This document shows positions 52,352-60,814 of a stretch of DNA of 64,000 nucleotides, piece after piece (positions within the stretch are counted from its first letter, which is position 1; each line of letters starts with the position of its first letter). The DNA lies in NCBI GenBank assembly GCA_963205105.1, contig CAUJJW010000351.1, forward strand, positions 2,069 to 66,068, given 5' to 3'. The notes under the pieces are model-generated. The model ran no database searches, was not told the DNA's origin, and saw only the letters and a program-made list of their open reading frames with translations. The position numbers were made by a program, and so were the translations under genes. The stretch comes from Verrucomicrobiota bacterium (GTDB lineage: Bacteria; Verrucomicrobiota; Verrucomicrobiia; Limisphaerales; CAIMTB01).

Positions 52352-53899
52352 TCAGGCGGTGTGCATCAGTTCGGAGGGATGCGCGTGAGCGGATACGGAG
52401 GGAGGGGTCGCCCAGGCCGCGGGCATTCCGAAATCCTCCAAGAGCAACCTGGAACTGATGCGGGCGCTTTCGAAGATGACGGGGAGACCGCTGCCAGGGT
52501 GGGTGCCGCCGCCGACGAGATAAACGCCGTCGAGATCCTCGAAGCGATTCCGGGGCCGGAGGTGGAGCATTTGGTCGAGCGAATGCGCGAGGTTGAAGGT
52601 GGCGCCGCGGTAGATCTCGTAGCGTTGTTCCCAGTCGGCGGGAGTGATGACCCGCTCGAAGCGAATCTGCTTTTCGGAGACGTCGAAGCCGGCTTCGGCG
52701 ATCCGACGGAGGGCCAGTTGCCGGTAGCGGGGGCGTTCCCGGGCCCAGTCGACGTTCGGATGCTGATGCGTGACGGGGAGCAGGACGTACAGGGCGCTGT
52801 GGCCCTTGGGCGCGAGGGTGGAATCGGTGATGGACGGATTCTCGACGTAAAAGGACGGCTCGTCGCCGAGGGTGTGGCGGTTCTCGATGTCGTCGAGGTT
52901 TCGGCGGTAATCCTTGGCGATGTAAATGTTGTGATGCGGCTGCGAGAAGGTGCCTTCCACGCCCAGGTACATCATGAAGGTCGAGCAGGAGTACTTTTTC
53001 TTGGCGAGTTTGGCGTCGGTCCAGCGGCGTCGGAGGTGGTCCGGGACGAGCTTGGACATCGAGCGGGCGAAGTCGGCGTTGACCACGAGGGCGTCGGAAC
53101 GGTGGACACCAGAGGAGGTGCGGACGCCAACGGCGCGGCGGCCTTCGAAGAGGATTTCCTCGACGGGTTCACCGAGGTGGAACTCGACCCCGAGACGTTC
53201 GGCGAGGCGAGCCATGCCCTGGGTGATGGCGCCGCAGCCGCCGATTGGATGGAAGACGCCGTACTCGTATTCCAGGAAGGACAGAATGCTGAAGAGGCTG
53301 GGGCACCGGAACGGCGACATGCCGAGGTATTTGGACTGGAAACTGAAGGCGAGCCGGATGCGGGGGTCACTGAAGAATCGGGCGAGGTAGGTGTCGACGG
53401 ACTGATGCGGCCGGACCATCGGCAGCATTTTCAGCATGCGCAGATTGAGCAGGTCGGACCATCCGAGGAAGGGATTCTGGAGGCACGGCATCATGGCGTG
53501 CAGCTTCACGCGGTTCTCCTCGAGAAACCGGCGGAAGTTCGGGGCGTCCTGCGGGGCGACGGCCGCGATCTGACGCTCCATGGCCTGCACATCGGATGTG
53601 CATTGAAGTTCGCCGCCGGCGCCAAAGATGAGTCGGTACTGGGGGTCCAGGCGGACCATGGGAACCTCGGTGTCAAGCCGTGCTCCGGCGGCGGCGAAGA
53701 TCTCGCGCAACACCTGGGGATACAGGAAGAACGTGGGGCCGAGATCGAATTTGTAACCGCTGGCCTCGATGGTGGAGGTGCGTCCCCCCACGAACGGCAT
53801 GCGCTCAAAGACGCGGACGCGTTGGCCACTGGCGGCGAGGAGGATGGCGGAAGCGAGGCCGCCGGGTCCGGCTCCGATGATCGTGATCTGTTTGCTCAT
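52352..53899 (-). CDS. phytoene-desaturase-family FAD oxidoreductase (CrtI/CrtN/CrtD-like)
   Basis: 515 aa. Reads ITIIGAGPGGLASAILLAASGQRVRVFERMPFVGGRT, then YKFDLGPTFFLYP, and the C-terminal VYLVGGGTHPGSGLPVIFESA. Confidence 0.85.
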   Translation of the reverse strand: MSKQITIIGAGPGGLASAILLAASGQRVRVFERMPFVGGRTSTIEASGYKFDLGPTFFLYPQVLREIFAAAGARLDTEVPMVRLDPQYRLIFGAGGELQCTSDVQAMERQIAAVAPQDAPNFRRFLEENRVKLHAMMPCLQNPFLGWSDLLNLRMLKMLPMVRPHQSVDTYLARFFSDPRIRLAFSFQSKYLGMSPFRCPSLFSILSFLEYEYGVFHPIGGCGAITQGMARLAERLGVEFHLGEPVEEILFEGRRAVGVRTSSGVHRSDALVVNADFARSMSKLVPDHLRRRWTDAKLAKKKYSCSTFMMYLGVEGTFSQPHHNIYIAKDYRRNLDDIENRHTLGDEPSFYVENPSITDSTLAPKGHSALYVLLPVTHQHPNVDWARERPRYRQLALRRIAEAGFDVSEKQIRFERVITPADWEQRYEIYRGATFNLAHSLDQMLHLRPRNRFEDLDGVYLVGGGTHPGSGLPVIFESARISSRLLLEDFGMPAAWATPPSVSAHAHPSELMHTA

Positions 53900-54005
53900 G
53901 AAATTGCTGCTCGCACTTGATTCGCATCCATCAGGGGCACGACAAAGCCCATGGCACGGTCATTCGTCCGTGCGTTGATTTCGGTGACTTGTGGTTGAGG
54001 CAGGA

Positions 54006-54746
54006 CTACCTCGACTGGACGGTGCTCATGCCGCCGTCGACGCCCAGAATCTGACCAGTGATCCAGGACTGTTCCGGTGACAGCAGCCAGGCGATGGCGC
54101 CGGCGATGTCTTCGGGGGTGCCGATGCGTCCGAGCGGGTGGAGTGCGGTCGAAAGCTTGAGGTTGGCATCGCTGGCGGTGATGGAGGCGGTGAGAGGGGT
54201 GCGAACAAGGCCGGGAGCCACCGCGTTGAAGCGGAGTCCCTGGCGGGCGTACGAGGCGGCGGCGGACCTGACAAGGCCTTCCACACCGGATTTGGCCGCC
54301 GCGATCGCCTCGTGATTGGCGAGTCCGCGTTGGCCGGCGACGGATGAAACAAGAACGACCGAACCTCCTGGCGTGCGGGCCATCTGTCGGGCAGCGGCGC
54401 GGACCACGAGAAAGGCGGACGTCAGGGAGGTGGAGATGGTATGAGCCCACTCGGCGTCGGAGGTGAGGTGGGCAGGTTTGAGAAGAATGGAGCCGACACA
54501 GTGGGCGACTCCGGTCACGGGGGCGAGGGACTCGGCGATTTTCGCGAAAACATCATCCACCTCAGCGGCAACCGTGGCATCAGCGGGGAAGGAAGGAGCG
54601 TCGAGTTCGCGACTGAGGGAGGCGAGACGCTCCGGGTTGCGACCGGAGAGGGCAAGGCGGGCGCCTTCACGGTGAAGGCGCCTCGCCAGGGCAGAACCGA
54701 TGCCCCCTGTGGCACCGAAAATCAGGATGACGCGGTCGGACGTCAT
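54006..54746 (-). CDS. short-chain dehydrogenase/reductase (SDR)
   Basis: 246 aa. Cofactor motif: IFGATGGIGSALARRL. Catalytic motif: YAAAKSGVEGLVRSAA. The C-terminus (GQILGVDGG) is typical of classical SDRs. Confidence 0.9.
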   Translation of the reverse strand: MTSDRVILIFGATGGIGSALARRLHREGARLALSGRNPERLASLSRELDAPSFPADATVAAEVDDVFAKIAESLAPVTGVAHCVGSILLKPAHLTSDAEWAHTISTSLTSAFLVVRAAARQMARTPGGSVVLVSSVAGQRGLANHEAIAAAKSGVEGLVRSAAASYARQGLRFNAVAPGLVRTPLTASITASDANLKLSTALHPLGRIGTPEDIAGAIAWLLSPEQSWITGQILGVDGGMSTVQSR

Positions 54747-54783
54747 GAAGAGTGTGGATGCTGGAGGGGGCTATGGATTGGAT

Positions 54784-55815
54784 TCAGGTCGCCTCCGGAA
54801 CCGATTCGCGCTGTTCAATCCATTTGCGCAATTTGCAGAGCGCGATGTTTTGCAGCTGCCGGATGCGTTCCCGGGTCAGGCTGAACATTTCGCCGACCTC
54901 CTCGAGCGTCTTCTCGGAGCCGCCTTCGAGGGCAAAGCGCTGGCGGAGAATGGTGAGCTCCCGGTCGTTGAGCCGGCTCAACAACTCGCGAACCATATCG
55001 GCTCGGGTGCGCTGATCCAGATCCTGGTAAGCGGTCGTGGAGCGCTCATCCGCCACCACCTCGGAGACCGTGCTGCTGTCGTCGTCGCCGAGTTGCGCGT
55101 CGAGCGAGATGGTGCTGAGCATGGCCCGTCGCATCTTGCGGATGCGAGCGATGGGCATGTTCATCTCGTCCGCGATCTCCTCATCCGTGGCTTCACGGCC
55201 AAGCTCCTCGTGGAGTCGGGAGTGGATGCGCCAGAAGTGGGCGATGCGGTCGCGCAGATGGATCGGAATCCGGATGGTGCGCGACTGGTTGGCGACGGCT
55301 CGCTTCACCGCCTGCTTGATCCACCAGGAACTGTAGGTGGAGAACTTGGCACCCTTGGTGGGGTCGAAGTAATCCACAGCCTTCATGAGGCCGATGTTGC
55401 CTTCGTTGACGAGATCAAGCAGCGGAACGCCGTGATGTTCGTAGTCGCGGGCGATCTTGACGCACAACCGAAGGTTGGCGCGGATCATGTGTTCGCGGGC
55501 TTTCTTGTCGCCGCGCTGGATGCGACGCGCCAGTTTGACTTCTTCGCCGGGGGTGAGCAGGGGGACCTCGGAGATCTCACGCAGATATTGCTCGAGCGGC
55601 GATCGGACCCCGAGAGCGCGGGAAACAGGTTCCAATGGCAGCGTCGCTGGCAGGGCATCCTTGGCCGTGACGGCGGTGGAGTCCGGCAATCTCGGCGGCT
55701 CGGTCGCACTCGCGAGCGGCGCCGCTTCGATGCGGGCCAGGGTCGAGGTTGCCATCGAGGGGTCGATGTTCTTGGCGTTGGACTTCTTTCGGATGCTATT
55801 CATTTCCGTGGTCAA
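54784..55815 (-). CDS. RNA polymerase sigma-70 family factor, RpoD/RpoS-like (regions 1.2-4), first gene of the carotenoid operon
   Basis: 343 aa. Region 2: MIRANLRLCVKIARDYEHHGVPLLDLVNEGNIGLMKAVDYFDPTKGAKFSTYSSWWIKQAVKRAV. It continues TIRIPIHL. Region 4: LEEVGEMFSLTRERIRQLQNIALCKLR. Only 37 bp separate it from the downstream SDR gene. Confidence 0.9.
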   Translation of the reverse strand: MTTEMNSIRKKSNAKNIDPSMATSTLARIEAAPLASATEPPRLPDSTAVTAKDALPATLPLEPVSRALGVRSPLEQYLREISEVPLLTPGEEVKLARRIQRGDKKAREHMIRANLRLCVKIARDYEHHGVPLLDLVNEGNIGLMKAVDYFDPTKGAKFSTYSSWWIKQAVKRAVANQSRTIRIPIHLRDRIAHFWRIHSRLHEELGREATDEEIADEMNMPIARIRKMRRAMLSTISLDAQLGDDDSSTVSEVVADERSTTAYQDLDQRTRADMVRELLSRLNDRELTILRQRFALEGGSEKTLEEVGEMFSLTRERIRQLQNIALCKLRKWIEQRESVPEAT

Positions 55816-55954
55816 AGGTTCGTAGACTTAAACCAGACTAAACCTATCCGATTTACTACCGCCTCCTTGACTGGTTTGACTGTTGAAACGTTCAAATCGG
55901 CTCTCGAAATCTTTTCAACGCCGCCAGTTTGTTCCTCAGAATTGATGCTGTCAA

Positions 55955-56200
55955 TGCTTTGTCTATAAAATGTCTGTCTAAATCTAACATCGGCTTTGGC
56001 TGTGTGTGGGTTTGGGAGAGCTTCTGTTGAGCGGGATGGGTTGGGTGAATGTCGGCGGAGAGAAGGCGGTTGTGGTGCTTTTGCGGATGTTTAGGTTGCT
56101 GGAGGTTAAAGATTCTTGCGGTGACCGTGGATCCGGCGGCGAGGGGTGAGGTGGTGTTGCAGGATTTGGGGGTTGAAATTGTCTAGTGTTTGTCTAATTT
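55955..56200. promoter_or_regulatory. divergent promoter region with TGTCTA/TAGACA repeats (candidate CarH/LitR operator)
   Basis: This intergenic region (55816-56205) is conspicuously AT-rich. TGTCTA occurs at 55961, 55976, 56180 and 56191. The last two are exactly 11 bp apart and end 10 bp before the GTG of the MerR-B12 gene. Read on the minus strand, AAATTAGACAA and ACACTAGACAA fit (perfectly and 4 of 5 positions, respectively) the 11-bp nAnnTnnACAn direct-repeat consensus I recall for CarH operators. Confidence 0.45.
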
Positions 56201-56205
56201 GAGGC

Positions 56206-57297
56206 GTGGTTCCGCTCCAGCACCCCATTCAAGTTGTGTCGCATCTTACCGGGTTGAGTCCTCATGTGATCCGGGTTTGGGAGAAGCGATACGGCGCGGT
56301 GACGCCGGCTCGGACCGATACCAATCGGAGGTTGTATTCCGATGCGGAGGTGGAGCGATTGCGGCTCTTGGCGCGGGCGACCGAGGTGGGGCACAAGATT
56401 GGGATCATCGCCAAACTGGAGATGGCGGACCTGCGTCGGCTGGTGGCGACCGTGTCGATGGGGGTTCATGGATTGGACGCGGTGAGTCACGCCGCCCCGG
56501 AGGCGGGGACCCCGCTCAAGGAAACCAAAATGGGTGGATCCGTGGTGAAACCCTGGATGCCTCCCGAACCCGAGGGAGCAGCTGTTGGGCCGTTGCCAGG
56601 ATCCGCGGAGCAATCGGATGCGCGTCTGGTGGTGGAGGCCCTGGAGGCGACGCGTTCCTTCCGCTCGGATGCACTTCAACGAGTCTTGGAGCAAGGCTCG
56701 GTTCGAATGGGGCACAACGGGGTGCTGCATCGGTTGATCTGTCCGTTGGCGCAGGAGATTGGGGAACTTTGGCAACGGGGAGAGGTCACGGCGGCTCACG
56801 AGCATTTTGCCTCGGCGGTCATCCGGGATTTTCTGATGCGCAGTGCGCGGCCGTACGCCACGGAGGACGGTGCTCCGCGGGCGATCGTGACAACACCGGC
56901 GGGGCAATTGCACGAGTTGGGGGCGGTGATGGTGGCGGCGGCGGCGGCGAATCTGGGGTGGCGCCCGATCTATCTGGGGCCGAGCCTGCCTCCGGCCGAG
57001 ATCGCGGGAGCAGCGCTTCAGAACAGTGCCCGCGCGGTTTTATTGAGCATCGTGTACCCGGCGGACGACCGCTGGCTGCCGCGGGATCTGATTCAATTGC
57101 GCAAACTTCTCCCGCCTTCGGTGGAGATCGTGGTGGGTGGACGGTCGGCGCGGGCTTATGCGGACGTGCTGAAGGAGATCGGGGCCATCTCACCGGATGG
57201 ATTGGAGGAACTCAGCGATCTGCTGGAGGAGATGCGTGAGGAGAGTGGGGCGGAGGAAGGTCAGTCGGGTAGTGTTGCGGGTGGGAATGGAGCCTGA
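56206..57297 (+). CDS. MerR-family HTH + B12-binding domain regulator, CarH/LitR-type (putative AdoCbl photoreceptor)
   Basis: 363 aa with a GTG start. MerR HTH: IQVVSHLTGLSPHVIRVWEKRYGAVTPARTDTNRRLYSDAEVERLRLL. Wx9EH motif: ELWQRGEVTAAHEHF (W at 56770, EH at 56800-56805). B12 lower-ligand motif: TTPAGQLHELGAVMVAAAAANLGWRPIYLGPSLP (His codon 56911-56913). Confidence 0.85.
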   Translation: MVPLQHPIQVVSHLTGLSPHVIRVWEKRYGAVTPARTDTNRRLYSDAEVERLRLLARATEVGHKIGIIAKLEMADLRRLVATVSMGVHGLDAVSHAAPEAGTPLKETKMGGSVVKPWMPPEPEGAAVGPLPGSAEQSDARLVVEALEATRSFRSDALQRVLEQGSVRMGHNGVLHRLICPLAQEIGELWQRGEVTAAHEHFASAVIRDFLMRSARPYATEDGAPRAIVTTPAGQLHELGAVMVAAAAANLGWRPIYLGPSLPPAEIAGAALQNSARAVLLSIVYPADDRWLPRDLIQLRKLLPPSVEIVVGGRSARAYADVLKEIGAISPDGLEELSDLLEEMREESGAEEGQSGSVAGGNGA

Positions 57298-57381
57298 GCC
57301 GGGCTTCGGGTGGGTCCGGGCCTGACGGCCGGGGGAGGACGTGTGTAACCTGGTGTGCGAAACCCATCAGGAACCCGGCGT

Positions 57382-60090
57382 ATGAGCATTGATTCGACTT
57401 TGAGCCAACCGGGAGCACTTCGGTGTCCCGTGTGTGGTGCTCCCCAGTCCGCCACCGCTCCTGACGGTCTGTGTCCCAAATGTCTGTTGGAAGGCGCCCT
57501 GCTGCCGACGGAGCCCGGCGAACCAGGACGATCCACGCGTCCGGGCGTGCCGGATCTGGCGCGGCTGGCGGAGGCCTTTCCGGAATTGGAAATCCAGGGG
57601 CTTTTGGGCGTGGGTGGCATGGGCGCGGTCTTCCGGGCGCGGCAACCGCATCTGGATCGGTGGGTGGCGCTGAAGGTGCTTCCCGAGTCGTTGGCGGCGA
57701 AGCCGGCGTTTGCGGAGCGCTTCAACCGCGAGGCGCGCACGCTGGCGCGGCTGAACCATCCCAACATCGTGACCGTGCACGATTTCGGACGTCGGGCCGG
57801 GTTCTACTTCCTGCTGATGGAGTTCATGGATGGCGTGAACCTGCGTCAGGCGATGCGGGCCGGGCGGTTCACCCCGGAGCAGGCGTTGGGGTTGGTTCCG
57901 AAGATCTGTGAAGCCCTGCAGTTCGCCCACGAGGAGGGCGTGCTGCACCGGGACATCAAGCCCGAGAACATCCTGTTGGACGGGCGTGGGCGGGTGAAGA
58001 TCGCCGACTTCGGTATTGCGAAGCTTCTGGGCGAATCGGAGGCGGACCCTTCACTGACCGTGAGCGGCGCGGCGTTGGGAACCCCGGCCTACATGGCCCC
58101 CGAGCAGATTGAGAACCCCTCGCAGGTGGATCACCGGGCGGACATTTATTCGTTGGGCGTGGTGTTCTACGAAATGCTGACGGGCGAACTGCCGCTCGGC
58201 CGATTCGCGCCGCCCTCGGAGAAGGGGACGGTGGACCCGCGGGTGGATGAGATTGTGATGCGGGCCCTGGCGAAGGAACGGGAACTCCGTCAGCAGAGCG
58301 CGACCCAGGTGCGGACGGAAGTGGAGGGTGTGACGCAATCGGCGCCCACTCGCGGGAAGGCGGACCGGGCGCCATCGGCGGTTGGAAACCACGGCTCCGG
58401 GAGGGCGCAACCGGATTTTGTGCTGTGCCATCCGTGGCTGCCCAGCATGGCTCAATGGATCACCGTCTACGCCCTGGTGGTGATGCCGGTGTTGTGGCTG
58501 CTGGGTCTGACCACGTTGGAGGACATGAAGGATCCGAGTCCCTACGCGCAGTTCCTTCAGTCCATCATGAATGTTCTGCTGGTCATCGGCGAACTGGCCG
58601 TGGTGATCACGCTGGGGGTCGGGGGGTGGAAGTTGCGGGCGTTGCAGGTGTCGGGACCGCGGCTGCTCCGGGCGGGGATCTGGGCGCATCTGGTTTTGGG
58701 TGTGGTGTTGGTGACGCTCGTGGTCTGGCTGGAGACCGTTCGTCGGGTGCCTTCGGCCGAGGGGATTGCGCCTGGGGAGGCGTTGCTCGCGGTGGCGGGG
58801 TTGGCGGCGATGGTGTTCGAGATTTCGGCGCTGATCTGGCTGAGGCGGCACGCGCACCGGTTGGCGGTCATCTTCGCGGAGGAGGCTCCTTCATCGGTGG
58901 ATGCGGCGGCGGAGGTGGCGATGACGGCTCCCACGGTGGGGGTGGCGCGGTATGCGACGCTGGGGGCAATACTGACGGCGTTGAGTGTGGTGTTGGGGCT
59001 GGCGGCGATCGGGGGCGGGGCGTTGTTAGGGGTGTCCTGGTACCAGAACCGATTGGACCATGGGCCCGGCTTTGGACTGGGATGGGTGGATATGGTCCTG
59101 GCGCTCGTGGGCGTGCCAGTGGTCGGCGGCGGCGGCGTGGTGGGATTGATTCTGGGTTGGTCCTCCTTGCGTGAAGTCAAGCGGAGTGGAGGCACGCTGG
59201 GGGGTGTGGGGCGGGGGATGTGGGCCGGGCTTGCCTGGCCGTTGATCCTGGCGGAACTGGCGGTGCTGGTGGGGTTGGGCTGGATGTTCCATCGGGTCGG
59301 GGGCGGATTCTGGGTGATGTTCCTGATCACGCTGGTCGGAGCGATGGCGGTGGCGGAGTGGATGGTGCGATCGACCTGGCGCTGGGTCCGGGGGATTCCG
59401 GCGGGTCAGCGCATGGGTCGTTTGTCGGGAAGTGGGCGCGGGTTGGTGGTGGGATCGGTATTGGCGGCGGTGGTGACGCTCTTTCCGGCCTATTCGGTGG
59501 GCTGGACGAACTACCTGCGGTCGCAGGTTCCGGAGATGGTGGCGGTGGTGCGGCCGGCGGATGGAGGACCGCGAAATGGCGACTGGGTGGCCGTGTATCC
59601 GCCGCGGTCGATCGTCAAGTTGAGTGCGACGGTTTATCGGGATGGTGTTTTGCAGGCCGAACCACGCTTCGAGGCGCATGTGCTGAACGGTTCGGTTTGG
59701 GAATCGGTGGAAGCGCCGATTCACCTGGAGAATGCCGTCGATGGGGACGGGCACTATTGGGGTGGCTGGCGGCTGAATGTGGTGACGGAGCGACACACGG
59801 TGGCCTACACCTCGTCGGCGGAGTGGAGTCGACGGGTTTTATGGCAACCGCCGGCGTCGGGCCGGGAACTGCGCATTGCGGTGAACCGGATGGACGAGGC
59901 GGTTGTTCTGGTGGGACGGGTGTTGGGACCGGTTCCGGAGGGGCCGGAGTGGCAGGTGCGTCTGAAGATCCGGGTGGAGCCGCTGCCGCCTAACTACATG
60001 TTCGAGGGTGCGATCGCCGGGCAGGGCGACGACTGGGAGAAGACCGCGGCGTATGCCGTGTCCCTAGAGGAATCCAAAAGTGATGAATGA
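57382..60090 (+). CDS. membrane Ser/Thr protein kinase with N-terminal CxxC..CxxC zinc-ribbon-like motif, polytopic TM region and C-terminal extracytoplasmic domain
   Basis: ORF from 57355 (GTG), with ATG at 57382. N-terminal motif: CPVCGAPQSATAPDGLCPKCLLEG. Kinase motifs: GVGGMGAVFRA, VALKVL, HRDIKPENILLD, DFGIAKL, GTPAYMAPEQ. About 8-10 hydrophobic helices follow, then a C-terminal domain of roughly 200 aa. Confidence 0.9.
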   Translation: MSIDSTLSQPGALRCPVCGAPQSATAPDGLCPKCLLEGALLPTEPGEPGRSTRPGVPDLARLAEAFPELEIQGLLGVGGMGAVFRARQPHLDRWVALKVLPESLAAKPAFAERFNREARTLARLNHPNIVTVHDFGRRAGFYFLLMEFMDGVNLRQAMRAGRFTPEQALGLVPKICEALQFAHEEGVLHRDIKPENILLDGRGRVKIADFGIAKLLGESEADPSLTVSGAALGTPAYMAPEQIENPSQVDHRADIYSLGVVFYEMLTGELPLGRFAPPSEKGTVDPRVDEIVMRALAKERELRQQSATQVRTEVEGVTQSAPTRGKADRAPSAVGNHGSGRAQPDFVLCHPWLPSMAQWITVYALVVMPVLWLLGLTTLEDMKDPSPYAQFLQSIMNVLLVIGELAVVITLGVGGWKLRALQVSGPRLLRAGIWAHLVLGVVLVTLVVWLETVRRVPSAEGIAPGEALLAVAGLAAMVFEISALIWLRRHAHRLAVIFAEEAPSSVDAAAEVAMTAPTVGVARYATLGAILTALSVVLGLAAIGGGALLGVSWYQNRLDHGPGFGLGWVDMVLALVGVPVVGGGGVVGLILGWSSLREVKRSGGTLGGVGRGMWAGLAWPLILAELAVLVGLGWMFHRVGGGFWVMFLITLVGAMAVAEWMVRSTWRWVRGIPAGQRMGRLSGSGRGLVVGSVLAAVVTLFPAYSVGWTNYLRSQVPEMVAVVRPADGGPRNGDWVAVYPPRSIVKLSATVYRDGVLQAEPRFEAHVLNGSVWESVEAPIHLENAVDGDGHYWGGWRLNVVTERHTVAYTSSAEWSRRVLWQPPASGRELRIAVNRMDEAVVLVGRVLGPVPEGPEWQVRLKIRVEPLPPNYMFEGAIAGQGDDWEKTAAYAVSLEESKSDE

Positions 60091-60814
60091 CGAACGCCCA
60101 GGTGCGGATGGCGTGTTTGCCACCACGCGATGGACGCTGGTGGCGCGGGCCCGGGGCGAAAGTCCCGAGGCCCGCATGGCGCTCAGCGATCTCTGTGCGG
60201 CGTACTACGGGCCGGTGGAGGCGTTCATTCGCCGGCAGTCCACGGAGGTGCAGGAGGCGAAGGATCTGACGCAGGAGTTCTTCGCGCGCCTGCTGGCGGG
60301 ATCGGGGGTGGGCGGAGCGGATCGGGAGCGTGGTCGGTTCCGCTCCTATCTCCTGGGAGCGGTGAAGCATTTCCTGCACGCGGAATGGGTGCGGCGATCG
60401 GCGGCGAAGCGGGGGGCGGGGGCGGAGCATTTGCCGTTGGAATCCGAGGGAACCACGGAACCCGGGATGCAGGTGGCGGATACGGGGGCGGTGCCGGCGG
60501 ATGTGGCCTTCGACCGGGAATGGGCGCACGCGCTGTTGGACCGGGCGTTAACCCGGCTGGGTGTGGAAATGGCGGCGGAAGGCAAGGCGCGGCACTACGA
60601 GGTGCTCAAGGGATGCCTGCAAGGAGCGGCGGTGGTTCGGCCGCAGGCGGAACTGGGCGAGGCGCTGGGGATGAGTGAAGCGACGGTGAAGGTGGCGATT
60701 CACCGGCTGCGGAAGCGGTTCCGGCAAGTGGTTCGGGCGGAAATCGCGGAGACACTGGCGGATGGGGCACAGGTGGACGAGGAGATGTGGCACCTGATCC
60801 AGGCGCTCGGCTAG
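60083..60814 (+). CDS. ECF-type sigma factor associated with the Ser/Thr kinase (ECF43-like context)
   Basis: ORF from GTG 60080 or ATG 60083, overlapping the kinase stop (60088-60090). The N-terminus reads FATTRWTLVARARGESPEARMALSDLCAAYYGPVEAFIRR. Region 2-like: RFRSYLLGAVKHFLHAEW. Region 4 HTH: ELGEALGMSEATVKVAIHRLRKRFRQ. There is no anti-sigma-like gene next to it. Confidence 0.8.
   Translation: MNDERPGADGVFATTRWTLVARARGESPEARMALSDLCAAYYGPVEAFIRRQSTEVQEAKDLTQEFFARLLAGSGVGGADRERGRFRSYLLGAVKHFLHAEWVRRSAAKRGAGAEHLPLESEGTTEPGMQVADTGAVPADVAFDREWAHALLDRALTRLGVEMAAEGKARHYEVLKGCLQGAAVVRPQAELGEALGMSEATVKVAIHRLRKRFRQVVRAEIAETLADGAQVDEEMWHLIQALG

Noticed and set aside
52313-53920. 535-aa plus-strand ORF (also 50622..51686, 49873..50958, 48566..50050, 54700..55968)
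   Set aside because: Antisense to the carotenoid-operon and sigma genes, each of which shows clear family motifs on the minus strand.
56190-57239. 349-aa plus-strand ORF in an alternative frame of the MerR-B12 gene
   Set aside because: The frame starting at 56206 gives a clean MerR HTH, Wx9EH and B12 motifs. The alternative frame is Gly/Arg-rich with no motifs.
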